Virus record (IMG/VR): IMGVR_UViG_3300042453_004886
Span: 96,001-160,000 of that record
Length of the DNA stretch: 64,000 nt
Origin: a virus
Strand: one strand, 5' to 3'
The translations under genes were made by a program, and so were the position numbers. The notes beneath the pieces are model-generated. The model was not told the DNA's origin, ran no database searches, and saw only the letters and a program-made list of their open reading frames with translations. This document shows positions 17,549-26,218 of the stretch, one piece after another; positions within the stretch are counted from its first letter, which is position 1, and every line of letters begins with the position of its first letter.

Positions 17549-20500
17549 ATGATGTCCGAATACCTGAAGCTTCGCGAATCGGTAGCAAGTGCTCTGTTGG
17601 GTGACACCAACGAGCACGGGCTGCCGCCCGTCGAGGCCGGCTTCGAAGCCTTCAGCAGACAAACTGCTAAGGCGCTGAAATCCTTGGGAATGGCATTCCA
17701 GGGTGCAACCCTTGTGGAAGAAGAGTTTAACAGACTCTTCGGAAACTTGGGCGATCACGGGTGGGAGCTCACCCCCGTGGACCAGATGGACCTTGTTGTC
17801 CTCTCGGTTATGCTGGGAGCGCAATTCCAGGGATGGGAGACAATTTCCTTTGATAAGGAGATTCTCTCGTTCGATCAGGCTGGCAACCTGGTCGTCGGTG
17901 GCCGCAAGGCTATCGGCCCCGTGCTGCTCGTGCAGAGCGTCAGGGATCTTGGGAATCCCGTCGTCGTAAATACGGCGGTGCTTTCCAAGTACCAGGCCGC
18001 GGCCTACGTCATGCTTCTCGGAGCACGTCGTGGCCTGAGTTCCGCCTTGAAGGCGTGCGACCGGTTCCTCATCGATCCCGAACAGGGGTTCATCGATGCG
18101 GATCGGAAAAGACTCCTTGACGGGAGTCTCCGCGTCGTCGAGGTAGAGCTCCTTGGCAATCTGCTGGAGCCCGTCGAAAAGACCGACCGTCTGCTCGTGA
18201 ACTCGGTGGTTCGGGAACTGCTTCCCAACTACCGCGTTCGCGCCTCAAAGGACAGCTACGCCCCATTCGGAAAGCTGGCCCCGGTACCTGGTTTCCTCGA
18301 CGTTCCAACCGTCGACGAGGCCAAAGGCGTGAAGCGGGCGGATGCCGCAGATGTCACTCAGTGCAGACCGGTTAACCCCGAGCTCTGCGCTCTGTCGTAT
18401 CAAGGCACGCGGGGCACAGGCGTTCTCTTGGACGTCTTGCTCGCCCCGTGCGGTCTCGCGACACTCACCGGGTTCGGAGACGGAACCGCTGCAGTGCTCT
18501 CCCGAGAATTCGGGGACAAGGCAGCCTTCCATGATCCGTTCGTGGTGAGGGCCACCAGTTTCGCGGTCAAGAGCCAGGAGGACTGCGAAAAGTTCATGGC
18601 GACTATTCCCAAGGTAGGGGAAGAACTCGTCGGCAGCAAGTTGAGCGTGCACGGTGCGCCAACGAAACTGTTGCCCCTTGGCAAGAAGCTCGTCACCGGG
18701 GTCTCCCAAGCCACGGAAGACCCCACGTATGGCAACATACGCTGGGAAGTGAGGGGCGAGGCAATCGACCGTAGCGGAGATGGTAAGCTCCGCGGGCTTC
18801 TCAAAGCCATGACGGTGTTCCCAGCCGTCAAGATCCACCACGGGCATGGCTTCCCGTGGAAGGAACTTACCAGGAACGAACTCGTCATCGCCCTTCCGGG
18901 CAATGTTAGGACGAAGTTTGACCTCCTAGCCGGGATGGCGTGCTGGAAAGGCAGCGGAAAAGGCTCGGGTAAAAACCGGGTCGAGACCGCCGTCCAGACC
19001 TTCAAGCGGCACCTTACCCATGATGAGTTCGAAACTCACATGGGGGAGGTACTCCCCGCTGAGGGCTTCGACGCCGATGGCACCCCACGCTACGACGAGA
19101 CCGTAGACGTGGGTGGAGGATACTCACAGCTGGTCCAGTCTTTCGAGGAGCACTATGCTGTTCCTCTTAGGATTGGCCGTCTCATCGCCAAGGACCTGTG
19201 GTCCAGGCTTCTGGATGCTTACCTCAGACAACTGGGTAAGCGGAAAGCAGACCTGGAGTGGGAGCCCACCCCGATTGGTGGCCAGGCAGCCAGCTTGGAA
19301 ATCATGAAGGGAATCACGGGCAAACCGGAGGTGCTTACGTTCGTCGTCCTTGACGATGGGCGGACAGCGCTTGTGCAGCAGACAACTGCATTCACCACAG
19401 CCATGGTGCTGAAGGTGGAGCACACGTCTGTTGCCCGGAGCGTGTCGATCGCGCACATGATGCTGGACGCTGCCATAGCGTTCAAGGCACTTGGGCACGA
19501 GAAGACCGCTCGTTACCTTGAAGAACAGTCCAGGACCCCTGCAAAGGGTGTCGAGCGGCTGTTTGACTTGGTAAACGGGCACATCCCGGTCAGCCACAGG
19601 ACCGTCGGTCTCCACCCCGGCAAAAGCCGGCTGCTCCCCGAGGGAACCGCCATGCTCAAGGCCATTATCGAGAGCGATCTCGAGACCTGGCCTGCTGATC
19701 TCTGCCTCAGTGCAGGGCTCAACGAGCAGGAGTTCTGCGTCGACAGGACCGTTCTGGCAACCATGCACGCGGAATCGCCGCAGCGGGGTGCCGTGAAGGG
19801 GCTGATCGAAGCAGCTCTTGGCGGGGATCTCACCCGGTTCCAGAACAATTTCCGGACGCTTCGCGCCGCTTTGCACAAGATGCTCAGCGCCGCGAACAAG
19901 GGTTTCTTCAAGAAGCTCATGTCTGGACCGCGAGGCTCCCATGCCAAGCGTGTCCCGATCACCTCGTCCGGTGCTGCTCATGATGAACTTCAGATCCACC
20001 CAAAAGGGCAGGTCTGGAGGAATTTGGAAACCATCTTGGGAGAGAAGATGGTGGACGGGCAGTATGTCCTGCTTCTCCGGGCGCCGATGAAGACCCCGAG
20101 CTTGCTCAGGGTCAAGTCGTCGTTCTCCGTAGGGGTGAACAAGTTCGCCGTCTCCGAGAAAACCGCGTCGTCGTCACGAGGTGATTTCGATGGAGAAGGC
20201 GTCGTAGTCGTCCCGCTGTCCCAAGAGGCCGTCGAGGAGCTTCTGAGCGCTAACTACAGCGCTTGGGAGCTCAGCTTGAAAGCTCACTCGATCAAGACGG
20301 GAGGCGAATTCCACTGGGAAGACGCCAACCTGCTGATCGATGGAAAGCACAACGTTTGGGGTAAAGCCAAGCGTGTGTCGATCCAGAGCTCGATCGCGCT
20401 CGATGAGGGAACCATCCGGGCCTACCGCATGGAAATGCCCGGCGACGCCAACAAGGCCACCATGGCCCTCATGTTGGCTGCAATGGGCAAGTACCAGCTG

Positions 20501-21127
20501 AACAACGTCCTTGGGCTTCTCTTCGAAGTCTGGGAGGCGGAGCTTGGCGGGTACGATCCGAAGTTTGCTGATGCCCACAAGGCAATGCAGATCGAGGATC
20601 CCATCGAGCGCGAGGAGGAGTTCCTCAAGGCATGCGCCAAATTGAACTTCACGGAGGAGTTCGGGCGTGCTTGGCTTTCCATCTCCGCGGCGAAAACCTC
20701 AACGATGAAAGCCCTTCAGAAAGGCTATCTCATTGGGGAGCACATGACGTTCCGGCACGTCATCAGCCAGAGCACTCCTGCCGACGAACGATCGATGTCC
20801 GCATGGATGGCGATCGCGTTCGCGATGAAGCTGCTTTCGAGCGGTGAAATCAACAACGAACTCATGCTCAACCTCGATATTGCCCGAGTTGAGAATTGGG
20901 TGGTTGTCGGTAAGGACCGGAAAGGCAAAGACATCCAGCGCCCCACCGGAGAAAGCTACGACCTTGCACAAGGTATCAGCTTCCTCTGGAAGCAGGGGCA
21001 CCCTGCGGCTACTCGGCTGCAGCACTGGATGATGGCGGTTCTTCCGAGGCTGCGCGAGTTGAGCAAGGAGAAATCCTACAGGGCTTTCAGCCCGGACATG
21101 CTCAACAGCTCATCTGAGGAAGACTAG
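17549..21127 (+). CDS. Single-chain two-barrel RNA-polymerase-like protein, paralog 2 (DFDGE variant)
   Basis: YVLLLRAP...SSRGDFDGEGVVVVP (nt 20183-20197); GKLRGLLK; colinear similarity to 13172-16975 along its length. Start chosen at the ATG after AAAGGTAGG (ORF track start 17441). Confidence 0.7.
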   Translation: MMSEYLKLRESVASALLGDTNEHGLPPVEAGFEAFSRQTAKALKSLGMAFQGATLVEEEFNRLFGNLGDHGWELTPVDQMDLVVLSVMLGAQFQGWETISFDKEILSFDQAGNLVVGGRKAIGPVLLVQSVRDLGNPVVVNTAVLSKYQAAAYVMLLGARRGLSSALKACDRFLIDPEQGFIDADRKRLLDGSLRVVEVELLGNLLEPVEKTDRLLVNSVVRELLPNYRVRASKDSYAPFGKLAPVPGFLDVPTVDEAKGVKRADAADVTQCRPVNPELCALSYQGTRGTGVLLDVLLAPCGLATLTGFGDGTAAVLSREFGDKAAFHDPFVVRATSFAVKSQEDCEKFMATIPKVGEELVGSKLSVHGAPTKLLPLGKKLVTGVSQATEDPTYGNIRWEVRGEAIDRSGDGKLRGLLKAMTVFPAVKIHHGHGFPWKELTRNELVIALPGNVRTKFDLLAGMACWKGSGKGSGKNRVETAVQTFKRHLTHDEFETHMGEVLPAEGFDADGTPRYDETVDVGGGYSQLVQSFEEHYAVPLRIGRLIAKDLWSRLLDAYLRQLGKRKADLEWEPTPIGGQAASLEIMKGITGKPEVLTFVVLDDGRTALVQQTTAFTTAMVLKVEHTSVARSVSIAHMMLDAAIAFKALGHEKTARYLEEQSRTPAKGVERLFDLVNGHIPVSHRTVGLHPGKSRLLPEGTAMLKAIIESDLETWPADLCLSAGLNEQEFCVDRTVLATMHAESPQRGAVKGLIEAALGGDLTRFQNNFRTLRAALHKMLSAANKGFFKKLMSGPRGSHAKRVPITSSGAAHDELQIHPKGQVWRNLETILGEKMVDGQYVLLLRAPMKTPSLLRVKSSFSVGVNKFAVSEKTASSSRGDFDGEGVVVVPLSQEAVEELLSANYSAWELSLKAHSIKTGGEFHWEDANLLIDGKHNVWGKAKRVSIQSSIALDEGTIRAYRMEMPGDANKATMALMLAAMGKYQLNNVLGLLFEVWEAELGGYDPKFADAHKAMQIEDPIEREEEFLKACAKLNFTEEFGRAWLSISAAKTSTMKALQKGYLIGEHMTFRHVISQSTPADERSMSAWMAIAFAMKLLSSGEINNELMLNLDIARVENWVVVGKDRKGKDIQRPTGESYDLAQGISFLWKQGHPAATRLQHWMMAVLPRLRELSKEKSYRAFSPDMLNSSSEED

Positions 21128-21217
21128 CTGTGTCACAAATAAACTCGAGCTATCCCACGAACGCACACGAAGTGCAAGGGATGCTCGAGTTTTGCTGTGA
21201 TTCGATCAACTAAATAA

Positions 21218-21281
21218 CTTTTTAACAGGGGGGCTTGGTTCATTCCAATGCCCCTCTTTAAAAAGGGTAACTGGTGCGTAC
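21218..21281 (+). promoter_or_regulatory. Hairpin-repeat element copy 11
   Basis: Hairpin like copy 9 + TTTAAAAAGGGTAACTGGTGCGTAC, then an ACCCCT box. Confidence 0.65.
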
Positions 21282-21484
21282 AAAAACTCACAATCTACCC
21301 CTGAGGCGGCGTCCCTATGAACAACGTGCTCTATGAGCACGGATTTGGTTTGGCTGGGGCCTTCGGCCCCAGGCAAACCGTTCGGACACGCCTGCGGCGT
21401 GGGGGATCACGCCTGCGGCGTGAGGGACTGCGTCCCTAGGACTATCCAGGCCTTGCGGCCTGGATAAGTTGGGGCGAGGTAAGT

Positions 21485-21554
21485 CGTGCTCAAACCGGAG
21501 GGGAGGGCTGGCGCCCTCCCCTCCGGTTTGGCACAGCGGCGCTTCGCGCCGCGG
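21485..21554. repeat. Long GC stem-loop repeat, copy 1
   Basis: GTGCTCAAACCGGAGGGGAGGGC-TG-GCGCCCTCCCCTCCGGTTTGGCAC + GCGGCGC-TTC-GCGCCGC; repeated at 22182. Confidence 0.8.
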
Positions 21555-21636
21555 TCTCCGTTGTTGGGGTTTGTGGGTTTCAGTGGGGTTAATTGACGGG
21601 GAATACCCCCAGTCACACTCAACGCAAGGAGGAACC

Positions 21637-22107
21637 ATGCGACACTTGATCGATCCCACTAGTCTCCGGGAAGTCACCAGCTCGGCCGGCAACACGGCCC
21701 TGCTGGGGAAGTTGATCACGGGCGAGGACTTCGCTATCCAGTCGAGTCAGAAGTTCGATGGCGCAGCTCAGATCCACGAGCTGCACACCCGGCTGACGGA
21801 GAGCGGGAACCCTGTCTGGCTCTGGGGACTTGCCCCCTCGGAGCGGACCGGCAGGCTGGAGTGCTGGGTCAACCGGGCCCTGCTGCTCGGATCTCTGTCG
21901 GACGAGCAGACTCTCCGGAAGCTCCAAGCGGTCTACCCGCAGGCGAGCTTCTTCTCCGGATGGGGCATCGAGTCCGAGGAGGACGCGCTGACGCGCCTCC
22001 TCCTCGGAGCTCAGGCTACCCAGGCTCCCGCTCCCCAGGCCGCTGCTCCCGTCACAAAGGCCCGCCGCAAGGCTGAGGCCAAGGCCGCGGAGGAGCTGCC
22101 CTTCTAG
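21637..22107 (+). CDS. Hypothetical protein with SSB-like acidic C-tail (EELPF)
   Basis: AAGGAGG SD; Ala/Pro linker then EELPF. Confidence 0.6.
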   Translation: MRHLIDPTSLREVTSSAGNTALLGKLITGEDFAIQSSQKFDGAAQIHELHTRLTESGNPVWLWGLAPSERTGRLECWVNRALLLGSLSDEQTLRKLQAVYPQASFFSGWGIESEEDALTRLLLGAQATQAPAPQAAAPVTKARRKAEAKAAEELPF

Positions 22108-22181
22108 CGAAGGGCAGCTCGGGGACCCCAGAACGCTTCGCGTTCTGGGGTCCCAACCCCAGCGGTTCACTTTGTCTGTTT

Positions 22182-22251
22182 CGTGCTCAAGTCGGAGGGG
22201 AGGGCTGGCGCCCTCCCCTCCGACTTGGCACAGCGGCGCTTCGCGCCGCGG
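22182..22251. repeat. Long GC stem-loop repeat, copy 2
   Basis: Same as 21485 copy, with compensatory changes (AAACCGG/CCGGTTT to AAGTCGG/CCGACTT). Confidence 0.8.
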
Positions 22252-22778
22252 CTTCCACGGCGTCAATTCCCCTCTCCCGGGGAATTGGTGGAGGGGTAGC
22301 TTCGCTACCCCCGCCTGGCGGCGGCCAAGCGTGGGCTTGGGTCGGTTCAGTCCGGCCTTCCCGCGTCTCGGCTGCCACTGAAGCCGGACGCCCCGGCCCG
22401 GCCCCCCTTCGGGGGGCCGGGCCGGGGGCGTTTTGTTGCGTACACTATACAAGGGTGTGCAACAAAGCGGAAAATTTGAGGGGAAAGACCTCTGGTAACA
22501 CTCACGTCACGAAAGCCAACACCATGGCAAGACGTAAGTTACCATTTGGCAACCCCTCAAACCACCTCTACCGGGTGGGGACATCCGGTAGAAACCCGTG
22601 AAAACGGGAGTTGTCCGTACCAGACAAGTTCTTGCAGGAGCTTGTCTGGGTAGCGGGTGTGGCTGCAACCACACACGGTACTACGGACCTTTGAAGCCGA
22701 GGCTCTGAGACTGATCAGCTCAGGGCCTTGGGCTTCATTGCTTTACACAAAATCAATTTTACACATAAGGAGAAACCT

Positions 22779-23105
22779 GTGTTCATTAACCTCACGCCTC
22801 ACACCATCACGGTGCTTGACCAGGACTCCGTCCTGGTCAAGGCGATCCCGCCCTCCGGGGCGGTGGCTCGCCTGGAGAAGCGGGACGGGGATGCCATCCT
22901 CGTGGATGGGATCCCCGTCAAACGTCCCCATTTCGGGGAGGTCATGAACCTCCCCGAGCCCCAGGATGGGATCTTTTTCATTGTGTCCGCCATGGTGCGG
23001 ACCAGTCCGGGGCTGCTCTCCCGAGGAGACTTGGTCTCCCCTGCGGACTTCGTCCGGGACAGCCAGGGAAACATTGTTGGCTGTCGGGCGTTCGACGCCA
23101 ACTAG
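22779..23105 (+). CDS. Conserved viral hypothetical protein (NLTPH family)
   Basis: FINLTPHTI...LPEPQDGIFFIVS...GDLVSP...RD..G.IVGC pattern recognised from many phage proteins; AAGGAG SD before GTG. Confidence 0.6.
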   Translation: MFINLTPHTITVLDQDSVLVKAIPPSGAVARLEKRDGDAILVDGIPVKRPHFGEVMNLPEPQDGIFFIVSAMVRTSPGLLSRGDLVSPADFVRDSQGNIVGCRAFDAN

Positions 23106-23159
23106 GTCAGTAAGTCAGGGCCGGGCTATAAGCCCGGCCCTCGCTCGAGAGGAGAACCC

Positions 23160-23294
23160 ATGAAAGAAGAAGAATACGCGGCCCTCCGGGACGCGGAGTT
23201 CATCTGCGCCTCGTGTGGAACAAACCACACGGGGCGTGGGGGCTTGCTCATGAAAGACGGTTGGGGGTGTGAGGACCCCTACTGTCAGTACTGA
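23160..23294 (+). CDS. 44-aa Cys-rich (Zn-ribbon-like) peptide (not in ORF track)
   Basis: GAGGAG SD; MKEEEYAALRDAEFICASCGT...GCEDPYCQY. Confidence 0.55.
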   Translation: MKEEEYAALRDAEFICASCGTNHTGRGGLLMKDGWGCEDPYCQY

Positions 23295-23575
23295 GCGAAC
23301 CAGGGCCGGGCTATAAGCCCGGCCCTCGCAACACTGCACGTGCTCGAACGGACCTTCGGTGCGTACATAACGTAGCGATCGCCACCAGCGGAGCTATATT
23401 GCGTACACCAGCTAAAGGTGTCCCTAGGACTAACCGGAGCAACGTGCAAAAAAATTGATGGGGGTAACCCCACCAAGGCCTGATTTCGCAAGAAATTAGG
23501 TGGGAACTGTCTTGGGGCTTTTCCCTCTGACATTCCCAAATGTCGTAGCCGATTCTATTCGTAAAGGAGGCCAGC

Positions 23576-24031
23576 ATGCTGGTCAAGATCCACGCTAACA
23601 TCCGAGTTTACGTCCCGGGGGAAAACGAGCTGACCATCAACGGTCAGGTCAAGAAGCCGTTTCTGGGGCTCCGGGGCCCTGGTGACATCAACGTCACGAT
23701 CTACGGCGGTACCGCCGGGGTCGAGGGTCTCGAGAAGCTCGTGAAAGAGCTGAAGAGCCACGCGCCGAAGACCGGGTACGGTTACGTGCAGGTCACGGGA
23801 GTGCGCAGGTCGGACTCGGGATTCATCGGTTTTGCGGGTGACGTCACCTGCACCGGGAGTCCTACCAACAAGATGCTGGAGTGGGCGGAAGGCCTCGATC
23901 TCGTTGCCCTGCAGAGGGACGTCGAGGAAGAGCTGAACGGGCGTTCTTCCCGTGCTCGCACCTGGGCACAGAAGAACACCAACGCCCAGCCCCGGAAGGA
24001 CGATGACAACGGAACGGCAATGCCCTTCTAG
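23576..24031 (+). CDS. Putative ssDNA-binding protein (beta-rich, C-tail DDDNGTAMPF)
   Basis: AAGGAGG SD; alternating beta-strand pattern; acidic tail ending MPF, like SSB-Ct. Confidence 0.5.
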   Translation: MLVKIHANIRVYVPGENELTINGQVKKPFLGLRGPGDINVTIYGGTAGVEGLEKLVKELKSHAPKTGYGYVQVTGVRRSDSGFIGFAGDVTCTGSPTNKMLEWAEGLDLVALQRDVEEELNGRSSRARTWAQKNTNAQPRKDDDNGTAMPF

Positions 24032-24089
24032 TCATCGTTAAATTTCAGGGGAGGACTTCGTCCTCCCCTGAAACCCCCCGGAGGTCACC

Positions 24090-24515
24090 TTGGATTTTCC
24101 CGTCTACGAGTTGGACGTTAGCCGTCCAAAATACAGAAGACGAAAGAAAACCTTAAAAAGTGTCCTCACCGCTCTGGTTGGAATATCCGTGATGTACGCC
24201 ATGGCAAGATATTTGCCTGGCGCACGTTACGGATGGGTCGAGGCGGATTACCACCAGTTCCAGGGAAACTACATGGGAACCATGTTCAAAGGAAACCGGG
24301 AATACGTGGTGATCTACAAGAACTCGGAAGTTCGCTCGTTTGAAATCAACCCAGGCATCAGCCTGAGCTTACCTCATCTGGGAGCAATGGTTGAAGTTCA
24401 CTATAACAACGAGCAATTTCCGAAAATCATGCAGGGAAGAGACCTGAAGGCAATTCATATTCCGGACCCTGCACCGGAAAACGAAGGATTGCCTACGCGT
24501 TACGGCGTATTCTAG
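24090..24515 (+). CDS. Hypothetical single-pass membrane protein
   Basis: Basic stretch followed by hydrophobic VLTALVGISVMYAM; GGAGG SD. Confidence 0.6.
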   Translation: MDFPVYELDVSRPKYRRRKKTLKSVLTALVGISVMYAMARYLPGARYGWVEADYHQFQGNYMGTMFKGNREYVVIYKNSEVRSFEINPGISLSLPHLGAMVEVHYNNEQFPKIMQGRDLKAIHIPDPAPENEGLPTRYGVF

Positions 24516-24524
24516 GAGGTTCAG

Positions 24525-25769
24525 GTGCCGATAGATATCATACCGGCACTTGGAGCCGGATCTCTTCTGGGAATGCTTGCGCTTTTCCCGGGGTTTCACT
24601 TTGCCATGGTCCTGCTTGTTGCGGGACCATGGATCCTCAACCACTTCACGCTAGCCAGTGGAATTTTGTGCATGGCAAGCGCGGTATGCGTGAGTAAATG
24701 CATGCATACCTTGGCGGTGGTGTATCACCCGGTATCGGGTAACAACATCGCCTCGGCAGATCCTGCTCAGCGCTTGGCTGCAGCGGGACAAGGCCGTTAT
24801 GCCACAGCGCTCATGGGAGACGCTGTCTGGGGCTCTGCCACAACCTTGGCGATTTTGCTAGGGGCTGTGGTGCTGTTCCAGACCTGGCTCCAGACAGACC
24901 TGATCAAGCAGGCGATCAAGCTAATTTCCAGCTTGAGCGGATTGGCAATCTTGGTCTGGATAATAGCTCTATTAGCCAGCTCCAAGAATCTGCTGGCAAC
25001 GATTTTCGTGTTCGGGAGTAGTGCAGCCCTGGGCGTCATTGCCCTGATGCACCCCGCAGTAGAGGGATCTACTCACACGATGACTCCGTTGCTGACAGGA
25101 ATGTTCGCGTTTCCAGTTCTTCTGAACACTCTCTTCGAGAAGCACTCCTCGTACCAGAGGATCGAAGTAGAGAAGCAAGACGAACTGGAGACAGATCCAG
25201 GCTTGAAACTCATCGGATTTATCACGGGTATTCTATCCGTGGGACTTCCGGGTTTGGGAACCTCAAGCTTGGTGTCCGTAAGTCAAGGCCTGACAGAATC
25301 AGATGCAGAATATCTCACCATGGCTTCCTTTGCGGAAACTACAGGTGAAATGATGGCGCTGATTCTGGGCATCCTGAGCATTGCCTCCCGTAGCTCAGAT
25401 GCAGCAATTATTCAGCAGGCCTTGCTGAAGCATACGGGAGAGTTCGCCATTCACCCGACTTTCATGTACCTGCTGCTGGGAACGATGCTCGTGTCCTGCT
25501 GGGTGGGTCTGAAACTGGTTAACGTGGTGAGCTTTCCGTACAGAGTCATGCTTAACCTCATCCCGGTGAAGCTTCAGGCTCTGATTGTGGCTTCGGCCAT
25601 GATCGGGCTGGTGTGGCATCACACGTCGATGTGGGGCATGGGGATCGTCTTGGCAGGCACCCTGATTCACCTCGGAGCTAAACAGCTCTATGTGTCGAAT
25701 CAAGTCCTGTTTGCCTGCATGGTGATCCCGATGCTGATGAACATGGCTCAATTCAACCCGTTCCGGTAA
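24525..25769 (+). CDS. Polytopic membrane protein, TctA (tripartite tricarboxylate transporter permease)-like
   Basis: About 10 hydrophobic segments; LFPGFHF and GLPGLG resemble the repeated PG-motifs of TctA-family permeases. Confidence 0.5.
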   Translation: MPIDIIPALGAGSLLGMLALFPGFHFAMVLLVAGPWILNHFTLASGILCMASAVCVSKCMHTLAVVYHPVSGNNIASADPAQRLAAAGQGRYATALMGDAVWGSATTLAILLGAVVLFQTWLQTDLIKQAIKLISSLSGLAILVWIIALLASSKNLLATIFVFGSSAALGVIALMHPAVEGSTHTMTPLLTGMFAFPVLLNTLFEKHSSYQRIEVEKQDELETDPGLKLIGFITGILSVGLPGLGTSSLVSVSQGLTESDAEYLTMASFAETTGEMMALILGILSIASRSSDAAIIQQALLKHTGEFAIHPTFMYLLLGTMLVSCWVGLKLVNVVSFPYRVMLNLIPVKLQALIVASAMIGLVWHHTSMWGMGIVLAGTLIHLGAKQLYVSNQVLFACMVIPMLMNMAQFNPFR

Positions 25770-25771
25770 AT

Positions 25772-26218
25772 TTGAGGGAAAGAGCGCATGACGTTCTTCT
25801 ATGCGAGGCGGTTATTGACTGGTCAGACCAGCAAGACACCCCACCCGACATAGGAGAGATAAGCGTGTCGACGCACTCTGACCTTCAATTCCCCAACTTC
25901 TCGAAGCTCTTAGTGGAAGCAATCGACCGCCTGAAGAAAGAAGGAGCGACTCCGCTTTCCACAATGGAGCAAGTTGTTGTGGGATTCATCACAGCAGAGG
26001 AAGACAAAGATACCAGCATCGGTGAGCGAATCGTATACGAGCTTGATTTTCTCAAGCTGCCCAAGTGGGTTGCGCTCATCACCTGGTTATCCCCGTTCGG
26101 AATCTGTTCTCATCATCCCCGAATGATTCTCCGCATAGCAAACTACCTGCTCGGTTATACCCGAAGCGAGGAAGAGCACAAGTTGCCCCGGCTCATGCGG
26201 AAAGAGTTCGGAATATAA
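25772..26218 (+). CDS. Hypothetical protein
   Basis: ORF abuts the previous gene; start uncertain. Confidence 0.5.
   Translation: MRERAHDVLLCEAVIDWSDQQDTPPDIGEISVSTHSDLQFPNFSKLLVEAIDRLKKEGATPLSTMEQVVVGFITAEEDKDTSIGERIVYELDFLKLPKWVALITWLSPFGICSHHPRMILRIANYLLGYTRSEEEHKLPRLMRKEFGI

Noticed and set aside
9016-21281. The 11 repeats as a CRISPR array
   Set aside because: Intervals are gene-sized and variable (100-4000 nt) and contain ORFs, the repeats vary internally, and no cas genes are present.
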